DNA of 64,000 nucleotides from Chondromyces crocatus (GCF_001189295.1 NZ_CP012159.1:4168525-4232524); one strand, 5' to 3'. Positions 20,529 through 30,863 are shown, counted from the first letter of the stretch. Numbers and translations are program-made. Notes: generated by a model not told the origin, from the sequence alone.

Positions 20529-21019
20529 TGAAGCCGGAGATCAATCATTCGCAGACGTCTGTGGGGGCGTCGTTTTCGATCTCCCCCATCAATCACATCA
20601 CGAGTGATGTGGCGGGGCTTCTGGCGAACTTCCTGGATGCGCTGCTCGTCAGGTTCTACCCACGGCGGATCTGTCAGAAGGTCAACGTCGTGGTGACCGA
20701 GCTGGTCACCAACGTGATCCAGCACGCTTCCGATCGGGAGGGGGAGGTCCGGCTGGATCTACGGATAGATCCGAGTGGGCTCGTCATAAAAGTCTCCAAC
20801 AAGGTGTCGCTCGATGAATACCGGACCGTCAAGGCGGTCTTTGACGAGATTTTCGCCGCGGAGGATCCCAGGGAGCTTTTCGCGAGGACGGTACGGGGGC
20901 GCCGTATCGACAAGCAGCGAGGTGGGCTGGGGCTCATCCGGCTTACCGCGGAGAACAAGTTCCATCTGTCGACGCAATACGTCGACGGGGTGCTCGTCAT
21001 CCAGGCGACTTTCCCGTGA
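20519..21019 (+). CDS. Anti-sigma-factor-type Ser kinase (RsbW/SiaB-like HATPase), paralog C
   Basis: VVVTELVTNVIQHA (N-box) and QRGGLGLIRL (G-box), about 165 aa. Overlaps the upstream stop by 10 bp. Confidence 0.7.
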   Translation: MRLMKPEINHSQTSVGASFSISPINHITSDVAGLLANFLDALLVRFYPRRICQKVNVVVTELVTNVIQHASDREGEVRLDLRIDPSGLVIKVSNKVSLDEYRTVKAVFDEIFAAEDPRELFARTVRGRRIDKQRGGLGLIRLTAENKFHLSTQYVDGVLVIQATFP

Positions 21020-21052
21020 AAGGTTCGGTATGCTCTCGATGAAAGGTTGCGT

Positions 21053-21463
21053 ATGAAGACCCTCAGCTATGGCGAGATCACGGACGGTGGGCTGAGTGTC
21101 TTTCAGTCCGTTGCCAGGCTCGAGGATGACGGGCGTCTGGTGCTGACCTTCGAGGGGGCAATTCGCATCGACAATCCCTATCGCTATCTGTCCGGGTATC
21201 TGGACGAGCTGGCGAGAGTGCTCCCGCAGTATCCGATCAACGCGACGACGATGGATTTCGTCAAGATGCGTTTCTGTAACTCGAATGGCTTCTACGTCAT
21301 CATGGACATCGTGGATGCCGTCTACAATCTGGTGCCCGGCCCGGTGGTCGTGCGTCGAATCTCGGATGACGATTGGCAGCACGAGACGCTCCCGATTCTC
21401 CTCAACCTGAGCGAGGAGCACATCGCGGCGCGGACGACGTTCGACGACGTGAAGGAGCCGTGA
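21053..21463 (+). CDS. Stand-alone DUF1987 (SiaC-like) partner-switch protein
   Basis: About 136 aa. LVLTFEGAIRIDNPYRYLSGYLDELARVL...TTMDFVKMRFCNSNGFYVIMDIVDAV fits my recollection of P. aeruginosa SiaC (LSMQGDSYPENSYELF...LELDLRLLYLNTSSIKAMMDIL). An in-frame TTG at 21047 is an alternative start. Confidence 0.55.
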   Translation: MKTLSYGEITDGGLSVFQSVARLEDDGRLVLTFEGAIRIDNPYRYLSGYLDELARVLPQYPINATTMDFVKMRFCNSNGFYVIMDIVDAVYNLVPGPVVVRRISDDDWQHETLPILLNLSEEHIAARTTFDDVKEP

Positions 21464-21697
21464 GGCCTCCATCCTGCCCCTTGCCGGGGCCCTGTCCTCC
21501 TCAGAACGCCACGTAGCACCCCCCGATACCCTCCCGGACCCACAGCGCCGCGTCGCCAGCCCGCATTCCTCGGGCTCCGGCGTGCGACTGCATGCTTTCC
21601 GCACCCGCTGGCGGGCCCGCGTCCCTCTGGCCGGCTCGAGGCAACGTTCACCGCTTGACGCTACCGGGTCGAGGGAATACTTCGTACGCGAAGTATC

Positions 21698-22330
21698 GTG
21701 GCCGTCCCGCTCTCCCCACTCCCCGACAGGTCGAGTATCGACGCAATCGTCGAGACCATTATCTATCTCTACACGGAGAGCCGACGCCTCACGAAAGGGA
21801 TGGCGAGCTCATTCGGGCTCACTGGCCCGCAGCTGACCATTCTGAAGCTCCTGGAGTCGTTCCCCGATCTGTCTCTGTCCACGCTCTCCGAGCGGATCCA
21901 CGCACAGAACAGCACGGTCACGGGGATCATCGACCGCATGGAGCGCGAGGGGCTGGTCAGGAGAGAGCGCTCTCGTGTCGACCGCCGCGTCGTGTTGCTG
22001 CGTCTGAGCGAGAAGGGAGCCAGGCTCGCGCAGGAGATCCAGGTCGAGCCGATGGAGATCTTCCGTCAGGCGCTCTTCCGGCTCGACGCTGACGACCTGC
22101 ACGACCTCCTGCGGATCCTCATGAAGCTGCAGCGGGAGGTGCTGCAAGGGGTCGCCCAGTCGGGCAGCAAGCTCCCAGCACTCCCCGCGCAGGCGATGCA
22201 GGCCCTCGCGTCGGTGCCCGAGGTCGCCGCGACGCCGCAGGGGAGCGCAATGGCCGGGGATGGAGCGGAGTCGACCAAGGTGACGAAGCGTCGCGTACGT
22301 CCCGCGTCGACGAGCCGAAAGGAGCCGTGA
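21698..22330 (+). CDS. MarR family transcriptional regulator
   Basis: Winged-helix block LTGPQLTILKLLESFPDLSLSTLSERIHAQNSTVTGIIDRMEREGLVRRERSRVDRRVVLLRLSEKG. The true start may be internal. Confidence 0.75.
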   Translation: MAVPLSPLPDRSSIDAIVETIIYLYTESRRLTKGMASSFGLTGPQLTILKLLESFPDLSLSTLSERIHAQNSTVTGIIDRMEREGLVRRERSRVDRRVVLLRLSEKGARLAQEIQVEPMEIFRQALFRLDADDLHDLLRILMKLQREVLQGVAQSGSKLPALPAQAMQALASVPEVAATPQGSAMAGDGAESTKVTKRRVRPASTSRKEP

Positions 22331-22608
22331 CCCCAAGGAGAACGGGCTCGTCTGCATCGTGTCGCGCGTCATGGTGGTTCTACACCGCGCCTTCGGCACG
22401 TCGTCCGACGGCAGGGGGGGCTCCGGAGCGCCTCTGGGGACTGGAGGGGGCACTACGGTGGCGCGACAGCCCGGAGGATCCATCGTCTGGCAACAGGGCC
22501 CGGTGTGGGGCAGGGGAGTGAGCGAACGATGAACTCCGTGTCCCGACGACCTCACCTCTTTCTCGATCTGGAGCAACTGCGGAGCACAGCGCAATCAGGA
22601 GGAGCACG

Positions 22609-23400
22609 ATGAGCGAAGCGAGAACCTTTCATCGAATTCAATGTACGTCCTCCGGTGGCATTCTCACCGTCGTCCTGAACAACCCGGCCCGCAAGAACGC
22701 GATCGGGCCGACGATGGTGAATGAGCTGCTCTACGCGCTGGACGACGGGATGCATGATCCGGAGGTGCGCTGCTTCGTGCTCACCGGAGCAGGAGACGCC
22801 TTCTGTGCAGGTGGCGACTTCTCGGACATGACGTCGGGGACCGGCGGCGGCGATGCACTCCCGGTGCATGGAGATTATGCGGATCTGCTGCTCGCCTTTG
22901 CCGCCTCGACGAAGCCGATCATTGCGCGCGTCAATGGGCATGCGCTGGGGGGTGGGCTCGGACTGGTCGCGGCGTCGCACTTTGCTGTGGGTGTGGCCGG
23001 CGCGAAGCTCGGGACACCAGAGGTTCACGTTGGACTGTTTCCCATGATGATCATGGCCGTCCTTCAGCGGAACGTGCCCCGGCGGAAGCTGCTGGAGATG
23101 ATGCTGCTCGGGCGCCGCTTCGACGTGTACGAGGCCGTGGAGCTCGGGCTCCTGAACCAGGCCGTGGAGATCGAGCAGCTCGACCCCGCGGTGGACGCGA
23201 TCACGGCCGAGCTCACCGCGAAGAGCCCCATCGCGCTCCGGATGGGGCTCGAGGCGTACGCGCAGCAAGACGATCTGAGCCTGGAGGCGGCCTTGCCGCT
23301 TCTGCGCGAGCGTCTGGCGGCGTGTCTCTCGACCGACGACGCAAGAGAAGGACTGATGGCTTTTCTCGAGAAACGATCCCCCCGCTGGACGGGGAAGTGA
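22609..23400 (+). CDS. Enoyl-CoA hydratase/isomerase (crotonase) family; candidate methylglutaconyl-CoA hydratase
   Basis: ILTVVLNNPARKNAIGPTMVNELLYAL...FVLTGAGDAFCAGGDFSDM...ARVNGHALGGGLGL. It is adjacent to the carboxyltransferase. Confidence 0.8.
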   Translation: MSEARTFHRIQCTSSGGILTVVLNNPARKNAIGPTMVNELLYALDDGMHDPEVRCFVLTGAGDAFCAGGDFSDMTSGTGGGDALPVHGDYADLLLAFAASTKPIIARVNGHALGGGLGLVAASHFAVGVAGAKLGTPEVHVGLFPMMIMAVLQRNVPRRKLLEMMLLGRRFDVYEAVELGLLNQAVEIEQLDPAVDAITAELTAKSPIALRMGLEAYAQQDDLSLEAALPLLRERLAACLSTDDAREGLMAFLEKRSPRWTGK

Positions 23401-23409
23401 GGTGCCGCG

Positions 23410-24978
23410 ATGAACATGCGAGAGCTCGTGAAAGCGCTGGAGGAACGCCGCGCCGAGGTTCGGCGGATGGGTGGGGCAGAGCGGGTCGAGAAGCAGCACG
23501 CCCGAGGGAAGCTGACCGCGCGGGAGCGCCTCGCGCTCTTCTTCGATGATGGCGTCCATTTCGAGGTCGGCATGCACGGCACGCAGATGGGCCTCGCTGC
23601 CGGGCCGGATGGAAAGGATCGGCCCCCGGCCGACGCGGTGGTCTGTGCGTTCGGCAAGGTCGATGGCCGGATGACGTGCGCCGTCGCGTACGATTTCACC
23701 GTGAAGGGGGGGAGCATCGGGTACACGGGGGAGGAGAAGGTCACCCGGATGCGCCAGATGGCGCTACGGGGGCGCTGGCCCATCGTGTGGTTCATCGACT
23801 CCGCGGGCGCCCGGATCGATCCCGGATCGACGCATGCGGACCAGATCTCGCTGTTCGCTGGCTCGGGCCACCTGTTCCGCGAGCAGGTCCACATGAGCGG
23901 CGTCGTCCCTCAGGTGGCGGCGATGGTCGGGCCAGGCGCGGCGGGGACGGCCTACATCCCCGGCCTGGCGGACTTCGTGCCCATGGTGAAGGACATCGGG
24001 TCGATGGCGCTCGGAGGGCCTCCTCTCGTCAAGGCGATGACGGGGGAGGACATATCCGAACAGGAGCTCGGTGGGACGAAGGTCCACGCGACGAAGAGTG
24101 GCGTCGGTGACGCGGAGTATCCCGACGATCAGGCCTGCATCGCCGCGATCAAGCGGTACCTGTCCTTCTTCCCCGCGAGCTGTGACGAGGAGCCCCCGCA
24201 GCTCGCCGTGACCGACCCCGTCGAACGCGCCGAGGAGTCGTTGCTCGATCTCCTGCCCGAGAACCCGCGACGCGCCTACGACATGTACAAGCTCATCGCG
24301 GCAGTGGTCGATCACGGGGAGTACTTCGATCTGAAGCCTCGGTGGGCGCGCTCGATCATCACCTGCCTCGCGCGCATCGGCGGGCAGAGCGTGGGCATCG
24401 TCGCGAACCAGCCCATGCAGCTGGGAGGCATCCTCGGCGTCGATTCCGCCGACAAAGCGGCGCGGTTCATCCAGATCTGCGACGCCTTCAACATCCCCCT
24501 GGTGTTCCTGCAGGACGTCCCCGGCTTCATGATCGGGTCGAAGGTGGAGCACGAGGGGATCATCCGGCACGGAGCGAAGCTGCTCCATGTGATGGCTGCG
24601 GCGACCGTCCCCAAGATCTCGGTCGTCGTCCGGAAGGCCTACGGCGCGGGCTACTACGTCATGTGTGGCCGCGCCTATGAGCCGGATCTCATCGTCGGGT
24701 GGCCGACCGCCGAGATCAGCGTCATGGGGCCCGAGGGCATGCTCGGGATCGCTGCCAGGAAGATGTTCGGCGACACGCCGCCTCCTCCCGAGGTGAAGCA
24801 GCAGATCGTCGACTCCATCCAGAAGAACATCGACGTCATGAAGGTGGCCGGGTGGGGGCTCATCGATGACGTCATCGATCCGCGCGAGACCCGTCGCGCC
24901 ATCGCGTGGGGGCTGGATCTCGCCCGGAAGAAGCGCGTGGAACGGCCGCACCGGAAGCGCGGCATCATCCCGGTCTGA
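23410..24978 (+). CDS. Acyl-CoA carboxylase carboxyltransferase (beta) subunit (methylcrotonyl-/propionyl-CoA carboxylase type)
   Basis: KLTARERLALFFDDG...FGKVDGRMTCAVAYDFTVKGGSIGYTGEEK...IVANQPMQLGGILGVDSADKAARFIQICDAFNIPLVFLQDVPGFMIG, about 520 aa. Confidence 0.85.
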   Translation: MNMRELVKALEERRAEVRRMGGAERVEKQHARGKLTARERLALFFDDGVHFEVGMHGTQMGLAAGPDGKDRPPADAVVCAFGKVDGRMTCAVAYDFTVKGGSIGYTGEEKVTRMRQMALRGRWPIVWFIDSAGARIDPGSTHADQISLFAGSGHLFREQVHMSGVVPQVAAMVGPGAAGTAYIPGLADFVPMVKDIGSMALGGPPLVKAMTGEDISEQELGGTKVHATKSGVGDAEYPDDQACIAAIKRYLSFFPASCDEEPPQLAVTDPVERAEESLLDLLPENPRRAYDMYKLIAAVVDHGEYFDLKPRWARSIITCLARIGGQSVGIVANQPMQLGGILGVDSADKAARFIQICDAFNIPLVFLQDVPGFMIGSKVEHEGIIRHGAKLLHVMAAATVPKISVVVRKAYGAGYYVMCGRAYEPDLIVGWPTAEISVMGPEGMLGIAARKMFGDTPPPPEVKQQIVDSIQKNIDVMKVAGWGLIDDVIDPRETRRAIAWGLDLARKKRVERPHRKRGIIPV

Positions 24979-25041
24979 GGTTCGAGCGCTCCGACCCCGT
25001 GGCGAGCGCCGGCCTGGCGTTCGCGCGATTCAAGCATCACT

Positions 25042-28000
25042 TCACGCGTCGTAACGGAACGGCGCCCTCGCCTGCGCGTAGGCCTGGATGAGCGCCCGTT
25101 CCTCCGGCGTCAGCTTCACGAAGCGCGCCCCGAAGCCCGGGGGACCCTCCCCACCGGCTGGCCGAGCCCACTCCACGACCCCCATCACCTCGATGGTCCG
25201 CCCCTCGGGGAATGGGATCCGCACGGAGACCGTCGCCCCGCGCGCCGGCGTCCGGTGGGTGGGCACGAAGATCCCCCCTTGCTCGACCACGTCCTGCTCC
25301 GGCCCCGCCTGGTAGAAGTTCGCCGGACTGTTCCCGCCGAGCTTCGCCTCGAACCGCGGCGCTGGCGGCCCTGAGGGTCGTCCCCGGGTGAGTGCTTCCT
25401 TGAGCTTCTCGTCCAGGGAGCGCACCAGCGCCTCGACCTCGCTGAGGTGCTGCTCCACCGCACGGACCCCGAACGCGCTCTGGGTTGCCGACTTCGCGAG
25501 CGGCGCCACCGTCTGCTCCACGATCGACAGGTACTGCGAGACCACCTCGGACACCGAGGTATCGGTCTCCACCTGGACCTCCACCTTCGGCTGGGCGAGC
25601 GACCGCATCGCCGCCGAGAGGCGCTGCAGCTCCGGCGAAAGCCAGCTCTTGAGATCCCGCTCCTTCGCCCCGTCCTGGCTCGCGGTGACCGCGCCCCCGA
25701 TCGCCCCCCGGATCCCTTCGAGCTGCTCCGCCAGCATCGTCAAGGTCCCCGTCACCCGCACCACCGGGTCGTCGTCCTTGCCGCCCATCCGCTTGATGCG
25801 CTGGAAACCTCGCTTGATCTCGTCCCAGCGCGCCTCCTGCTCTGCCGAGAGCCTCCCCCGCATCTCGGCCAGCTTCAGCAGGTTCTGCTCCGCGCCGCTC
25901 GTGAGCGTCTGCGACTCGCTCGTGTAGTGGTCGTCCACCAGCCGGTCGATTTCCGCGTCCGTGTGCGCCGAGACCACCTTCTCCGTGAGCTTGTTCATGT
26001 TGCGGTAGCTGCCTTGCAGCTTGAACGGCGGCTCCGTGCGGAAGGCGTCCTCCTGCGAAGCGCTCCGGATGTACTCCTGGTTCACGGCCAGCAGCACCTT
26101 CTGCACCCGGAACAGGCGCTTCAGCACCTCCACGATCTCGGTGACCTCCGCCGCCGAGTAGGCGTAGCTGAAGTCCGTCGACGCGACCTCCTCCCCTTGC
26201 GCCAGCTTGACGAACCGATGCACGTCCGCCGGCTCTCGCCCTGCGAGCGGGGCGAGGGTCGGGTTCGACGTGAGCGCGTTCTCCAGGTAGCTCAGCGCGA
26301 AGATCGACTCCTTCCCGTCGAGGATGTCGCCCAGGTTGTACGTATCGGCCCGGTTCGAGAGCATGTCGGGGATCTGGAACCGCGCGCCGGACTCCGTGTA
26401 CGGGTTACCGGCCATCACCACACAGAACTTCTTCCCGCGCAGATCGTAGGTCCGCGTCCTGCCGCGCCAGACGCCCTCGATCCGCCGCTGCGCGTCGCAC
26501 AGCGAGATGAACTTCTGGAGCAGCTCCGGGTGCGTGTGCTGGATGTCGTCGAGGTACAGCATCACGTTGTTCCCCATCTCCAGCGCCAGGTTGATCTTCT
26601 CCACCTCTTGCCGCGCCGTCGCGTTGGGCGCCTCGGAGGGATCGATGGAGGTCACGTCGTGCCCCAGCGACGGGCCGTTCACCTTCATGAACACGAGCCC
26701 CAGCTTGCTCGCCACGTACTCCATCAGGGTCGTCTTGCCGTACCCGGGAGGCGAGATCAGCAGCAGCATGCCCATCAGGTCGGTGCGCTTCCCCTCGCCG
26801 GCCGACCCGAGCTGCTTCGCCAGGTTCGCGCCGATGAGCGGCAGGTACACCTCGTCGATCAGCCGGTTGCGCACGAACGACGTCAGCACCCGGGGCGAGA
26901 ACTCGTCGAGCCGCAGTCGCTGCTTCTCACGCTCCACGATCTCCGAACGCAGCTTGCGGTAGGCGCGGTAGCGGGGCATCCGCTCCCGCATCATCTCGCC
27001 CACCCGTGCGAGGAACTCGTCGAGCCGCAGCGTCAGCGCCCGCTCCCGGATGCGCGGGTGTTGCCCCAGGAGCCCCTCGACCCGCGCCTCCACCACCGCC
27101 GCGCTCGGCTCACGATCGAGCCGTCGCTCCGTCACCAGCACCACCGCGGCCTCGCGCACCAGGTATCCCAGGTGCGACCGCTGCGCGTCCCTCGACACGA
27201 ACGCCTCGAGCCAGGCCTGGGCCAGTGCGAGCTGCGCCGCGGGCTGAGGTTCGAGCTGCCGCAGGTCCTCTTCCAGCGCCCCGCGTCCGCCCTCCAGGTC
27301 CAGGTGGGCGAGGAGCGCGTCCCGCAGCTCGAACGCCCCTGTGCTCGTCACGAAGCGCGGATGATCGGCGCACAGCTCCTCCACCAGGTAGCGCGCCGAG
27401 AGGCGCACCTCTCCCTTGCCCGGCTCGATACCATGCGCCTTGGCGGCAGCTTCCACCGCCTGCTCCACCTCGGACGCCAGCGCATCCAGCGCCGACCCCG
27501 AGCTGCCCGACGGCTTCGCTTGCGGCTTCGACGCCTCCGGATCCTCCGCGACCGTCGCCTTCGCCTCCAGCTTCACGGCGACCTCGAGAAGCTGCGCCCG
27601 GAGCCGCCCCAGGCTTCGCGCCCGCCGGTGCAACACCTCCCGCGCGGCCGGCGCCATCGACGCCCAGCACAGGCACCCCAGGGCCCGCGCCCCGCTCGAA
27701 TACCGCAAGAGCCCCGCGGTCGACCGCAGCGCCAGCAGCTTCTCCAGGATCAGCGCGGTATCCCCATCGTGCACCCCGCGCTCGTAGCCCTCATCGTGGC
27801 GCTCGGCCGAGAAGGTCCGCACCACCGCGAGCAACCCCTCGTTCGGCCCTTGCGCCATCCTTCCCGTCGGACCCGCGTCCGACACCACCGACAGCGCCGC
27901 GTCCCGCAGCCCGGCGATGGACAGCCCCGCGCGCCCCGCCTCGGCATCCTCCAGCATCGACAGCGCCAGCAGCTCGCCGCGGTACACCTCCGCCGTCTCG

Positions 28001-30774
28001 CTGACCAGCTGCTGATCCCACAGCTCCCGCGCCGCGTTCAGCGCCGGATCGTCGATCGTCTCGAAGAAATCCGTGCCCGTCAGGTGCAGCGACAGCGCCC
28101 CGTGCTGCGGCACCAGCGTCAGCTCCAGCGGCTGCGTGTTCACGTTGAACTTGTGCCGCCCCAGCCGGATGACGCTGGTCCCCTCTTCGAACAGGTCCTC
28201 GCGATCCCGGAGCAGCCGGTGCGCATCCTGACGCGCCGACTTCAGCCGCGACTCCACCTCGTCGCTCTTGACCGAGTCCCCGAGCTTCGACAGCTCCCCG
28301 GCAAGATCGCGCACCTTCGCGACCATCGGGTCCGTCGCGAAGTAGGCGTTCAGCTCGTCCGCGTTCGCAAAGCTCCGCGCCCGCCGCACGACCCCTTGCA
28401 GGATCCTGTCGGCCGCGCCCACGAGGTTCTGGACCCGCCGCTGCCGCTCGTCCACGAGCTGCTGCCGCCGCGCCCCGATCGCCTCGTTCACCTCTTCCCG
28501 CTTCGCCGCCAGCTCCGAGAGGAACTCGTCGAACTCGCCGAAGCGCCCCTCCAGCTCCTCCAGCTGCACGAGGAGCTTCGACAGCTCGGTGTCGCACCGC
28601 TCCGGCGTGTCGCAGGCCGCCGCCGCGCTCGCCACGCTCTGGCCGAACAGCTTGAACTGCGCCCCGAACTCGGCCCGTCCCTCGGCCCCGCGGAGATCCC
28701 GCGTCCTCGCGTTCAGGATCGCCCGCGCCCGGTTGAGCTGCGCGTAGACCTCGCTCACCCCTTCCAGGATCCGCGTGCGCGCCGTCGGATCGTCCACCTT
28801 CAGCCCGGCCACGATCTCGCTGAGCAGCGACAGGCCGTCGTTCACCCCGTCGAGGTCTGCCTTGAAGGGCTGAAGCTCGCTCGACTTCTTCACCCCCTCG
28901 ATCTGATCCACCAGCGCGCCCAGCCGGTCCGTCAGCGGCTTGAACGCCGCGTCCCCCAGGAGGAACGCCGCCGCCGCCGCGCTCACCTCGTCGAACCGCG
29001 CGACGACCTCGGCCTCCAGCGCGTCCACCCGCGGGAGGTCCATGTACTTCAGCTCGCGCATCGTGATCAGGTGCCCGCGCTGCTTCCGCAGCTCCGTCAG
29101 CGCCCGCATGAATGCGTCCACGCTCTGCAGATCGTCGGGCCGCAGCCCCGACAGCACCCGCCGCTGCGTCTCGTCCGCCTCGGCCAGCGCCTGCGCCGCC
29201 CTCGCCCGGATCGCCTCGACCTTCTCGAACTCGTCGATGATGCTCTCGGCGACCTTGCGCAGCTCGCGCACCACCGTCGAGAGATCGCCTGCCTCCTCGT
29301 GACCGAGCCAGTAGTAGGCGTCGACCATCCGATCGCAGGTCTTGATCACGTCCTCGAAGGTCAACCGCGTCGGCTGCTCGCCCACGCAGAGCCGCCGCAA
29401 GCTGAGCGCCTCCGAGATCCCCCGCACGAGATCCGGGTTCCCCACCTTCGCCAGGTACGACCCGTCCGTCGGCACGGACGCCGCGTACTCCGCCGTGGTG
29501 AACGGCGTCTGCCAGATCTGCATCGGGTGGACGCGCGTCGCCTCGTCGCCCGTCGCCCGGAAGATCACCATCTTCCCGTCATCGAACAGGCTGTACCCGT
29601 GGCAAGGGATCGGCGTCGCGATCTCCTTCCGGATCACGTTGTACGGGAAGAGCAGGTACCTTCCGTCCGACAGCCGGTGGAAGACGTAGAGCACGTCCTC
29701 CCCGTTCGGCGACCGGATCACCCGCTCGAACAGCAGATCGTCGGCGCGCTCCTCGAACTTCTTGCTCTCCCCGGTGAGCAGGTAATACCCGTTCGGGAAG
29801 ACGATGCCCTGATCCTCGGGCAAGGTGAGGCAGGCCTGCCCGATCGCATCGAGCCGCGTCACCTTCTTGAGCCGGCTGTTGTAGACGAGGTAGCGGTAGT
29901 CCTGCTCCCGGAACGGCTTGATCTTGAGCAGGATCAGCGTCCCCAGCTTCGCGTACCGGATCTCCGCGTCGTCGAGCCCCTGGTTCGCGTCTTCCACCGG
30001 CTCGCTGTAGATCCCGAGCCCCGACGCCGTGTTGTTCTCCACCTTGACGGTCAGGTCACCGCCCACCGTCTCCACGAAGATCTCGTCGAGGATCGACACG
30101 TGCGGGTGCTTCCCCGCCACCTGATCCTCGCGCGTCGTCGCCTTCCACTCGAAGTCGTGCGAGCGCGGCCGGAGGTTGTCGTTCTCCCCGCGCCCGTCCA
30201 TGTACTTGATCCGGCCGGAGCCATCGACGCTCCACCGGAACACCTTCACGTCCCGCTCCGTGCTCCCCGTCTGGAAGATGGCGAGCAACCGCGTCTCCGT
30301 GCGCCGGAGTTGCAGGAGCCGCGTCTCCTTCGTGTAGCGGAACAGATCCTTGAAGTCCTTCACGAAGGCTGGATCCGCGAGGAACGCCTCCCCCTCCTCC
30401 AGCGGCACCGGCGCGAAGTCGTGCCCCTCCGCCGTCTGCGTGAAGCGGTGCAGCGCGAACACGTCGCTCACCTGCGCGTCCTGCTTCAGGCCCAGCACCA
30501 CCAGGTAGCCGACCAGCAGCCGCCCGCGGATGCTCACGATGTCCCGCGGGACGCAGTTGTGCTCGGTCCGGATCCGCTCGGTGGCCACGAGCTGCAGCTC
30601 CGTCCCACCGAACGCCTGCTTCCGGCGCTCGTTCAGCGTCTCGGCCTTCTTGCCGAGCGTCTCCGCGTGCTCGAGCAAGCGCCGGCGGATGACCTCGTAA
30701 CTCCCGCCCTCCAGGGCCTCCGCGCCACTCGACGCGGAGGCACCGGCGGCGGCCTCCGGTGCCTTGGATGTCAT
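25042..30774 (-). CDS. Giant (1910 aa) AAA+ ATPase (AAA_5/MoxR-dynein-like) with long coiled-coil regions and a C-terminal PilZ-like domain
   Basis: Single uninterrupted frame. Walker A LLLISPPGYGKTTLMEY, Walker B NVMLYLDDIQ, then CVVMAGNP. The last ~90 aa (RTPARGATVSVRIPFPEGRTIEVMGVVEW...GFGARFVKLTPEERALIQAY) look like a PilZ beta-barrel; the RxxxR-like RTPAR is present, DxSxxG is not obvious. Starts 90 bp downstream of flotillin-3 on the same strand. Confidence 0.7.
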   Translation of the reverse strand: MTSKAPEAAAGASASSGAEALEGGSYEVIRRRLLEHAETLGKKAETLNERRKQAFGGTELQLVATERIRTEHNCVPRDIVSIRGRLLVGYLVVLGLKQDAQVSDVFALHRFTQTAEGHDFAPVPLEEGEAFLADPAFVKDFKDLFRYTKETRLLQLRRTETRLLAIFQTGSTERDVKVFRWSVDGSGRIKYMDGRGENDNLRPRSHDFEWKATTREDQVAGKHPHVSILDEIFVETVGGDLTVKVENNTASGLGIYSEPVEDANQGLDDAEIRYAKLGTLILLKIKPFREQDYRYLVYNSRLKKVTRLDAIGQACLTLPEDQGIVFPNGYYLLTGESKKFEERADDLLFERVIRSPNGEDVLYVFHRLSDGRYLLFPYNVIRKEIATPIPCHGYSLFDDGKMVIFRATGDEATRVHPMQIWQTPFTTAEYAASVPTDGSYLAKVGNPDLVRGISEALSLRRLCVGEQPTRLTFEDVIKTCDRMVDAYYWLGHEEAGDLSTVVRELRKVAESIIDEFEKVEAIRARAAQALAEADETQRRVLSGLRPDDLQSVDAFMRALTELRKQRGHLITMRELKYMDLPRVDALEAEVVARFDEVSAAAAAFLLGDAAFKPLTDRLGALVDQIEGVKKSSELQPFKADLDGVNDGLSLLSEIVAGLKVDDPTARTRILEGVSEVYAQLNRARAILNARTRDLRGAEGRAEFGAQFKLFGQSVASAAAACDTPERCDTELSKLLVQLEELEGRFGEFDEFLSELAAKREEVNEAIGARRQQLVDERQRRVQNLVGAADRILQGVVRRARSFANADELNAYFATDPMVAKVRDLAGELSKLGDSVKSDEVESRLKSARQDAHRLLRDREDLFEEGTSVIRLGRHKFNVNTQPLELTLVPQHGALSLHLTGTDFFETIDDPALNAARELWDQQLVSETAEVYRGELLALSMLEDAEAGRAGLSIAGLRDAALSVVSDAGPTGRMAQGPNEGLLAVVRTFSAERHDEGYERGVHDGDTALILEKLLALRSTAGLLRYSSGARALGCLCWASMAPAAREVLHRRARSLGRLRAQLLEVAVKLEAKATVAEDPEASKPQAKPSGSSGSALDALASEVEQAVEAAAKAHGIEPGKGEVRLSARYLVEELCADHPRFVTSTGAFELRDALLAHLDLEGGRGALEEDLRQLEPQPAAQLALAQAWLEAFVSRDAQRSHLGYLVREAAVVLVTERRLDREPSAAVVEARVEGLLGQHPRIRERALTLRLDEFLARVGEMMRERMPRYRAYRKLRSEIVEREKQRLRLDEFSPRVLTSFVRNRLIDEVYLPLIGANLAKQLGSAGEGKRTDLMGMLLLISPPGYGKTTLMEYVASKLGLVFMKVNGPSLGHDVTSIDPSEAPNATARQEVEKINLALEMGNNVMLYLDDIQHTHPELLQKFISLCDAQRRIEGVWRGRTRTYDLRGKKFCVVMAGNPYTESGARFQIPDMLSNRADTYNLGDILDGKESIFALSYLENALTSNPTLAPLAGREPADVHRFVKLAQGEEVASTDFSYAYSAAEVTEIVEVLKRLFRVQKVLLAVNQEYIRSASQEDAFRTEPPFKLQGSYRNMNKLTEKVVSAHTDAEIDRLVDDHYTSESQTLTSGAEQNLLKLAEMRGRLSAEQEARWDEIKRGFQRIKRMGGKDDDPVVRVTGTLTMLAEQLEGIRGAIGGAVTASQDGAKERDLKSWLSPELQRLSAAMRSLAQPKVEVQVETDTSVSEVVSQYLSIVEQTVAPLAKSATQSAFGVRAVEQHLSEVEALVRSLDEKLKEALTRGRPSGPPAPRFEAKLGGNSPANFYQAGPEQDVVEQGGIFVPTHRTPARGATVSVRIPFPEGRTIEVMGVVEWARPAGGEGPPGFGARFVKLTPEERALIQAYAQARAPFRYDA

Positions 30775-30863
30775 CGGCGAAAACCTCGGCTCCCCGCGGG
30801 GAGCCCCCTACGAACCGAACCGAACACGCCTCCCCGACGGGAGCCCGCCACGAACCGAACCGA

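Noticed and set aside
21464-21520. Possible terminator hairpin gcccc-ttgcc-ggggc just after the stand-alone DUF1987 gene
   Set aside because: Only a 5-bp stem and no U-tract; too weak to call.
27006-28004. 332-aa Pro/Ala/Arg-rich ORF inside the giant AAA+ gene (other frame)
   Set aside because: Compositional artefact. The minus-strand frame encodes the continuous AAA+/coiled-coil protein with recognisable Walker motifs.
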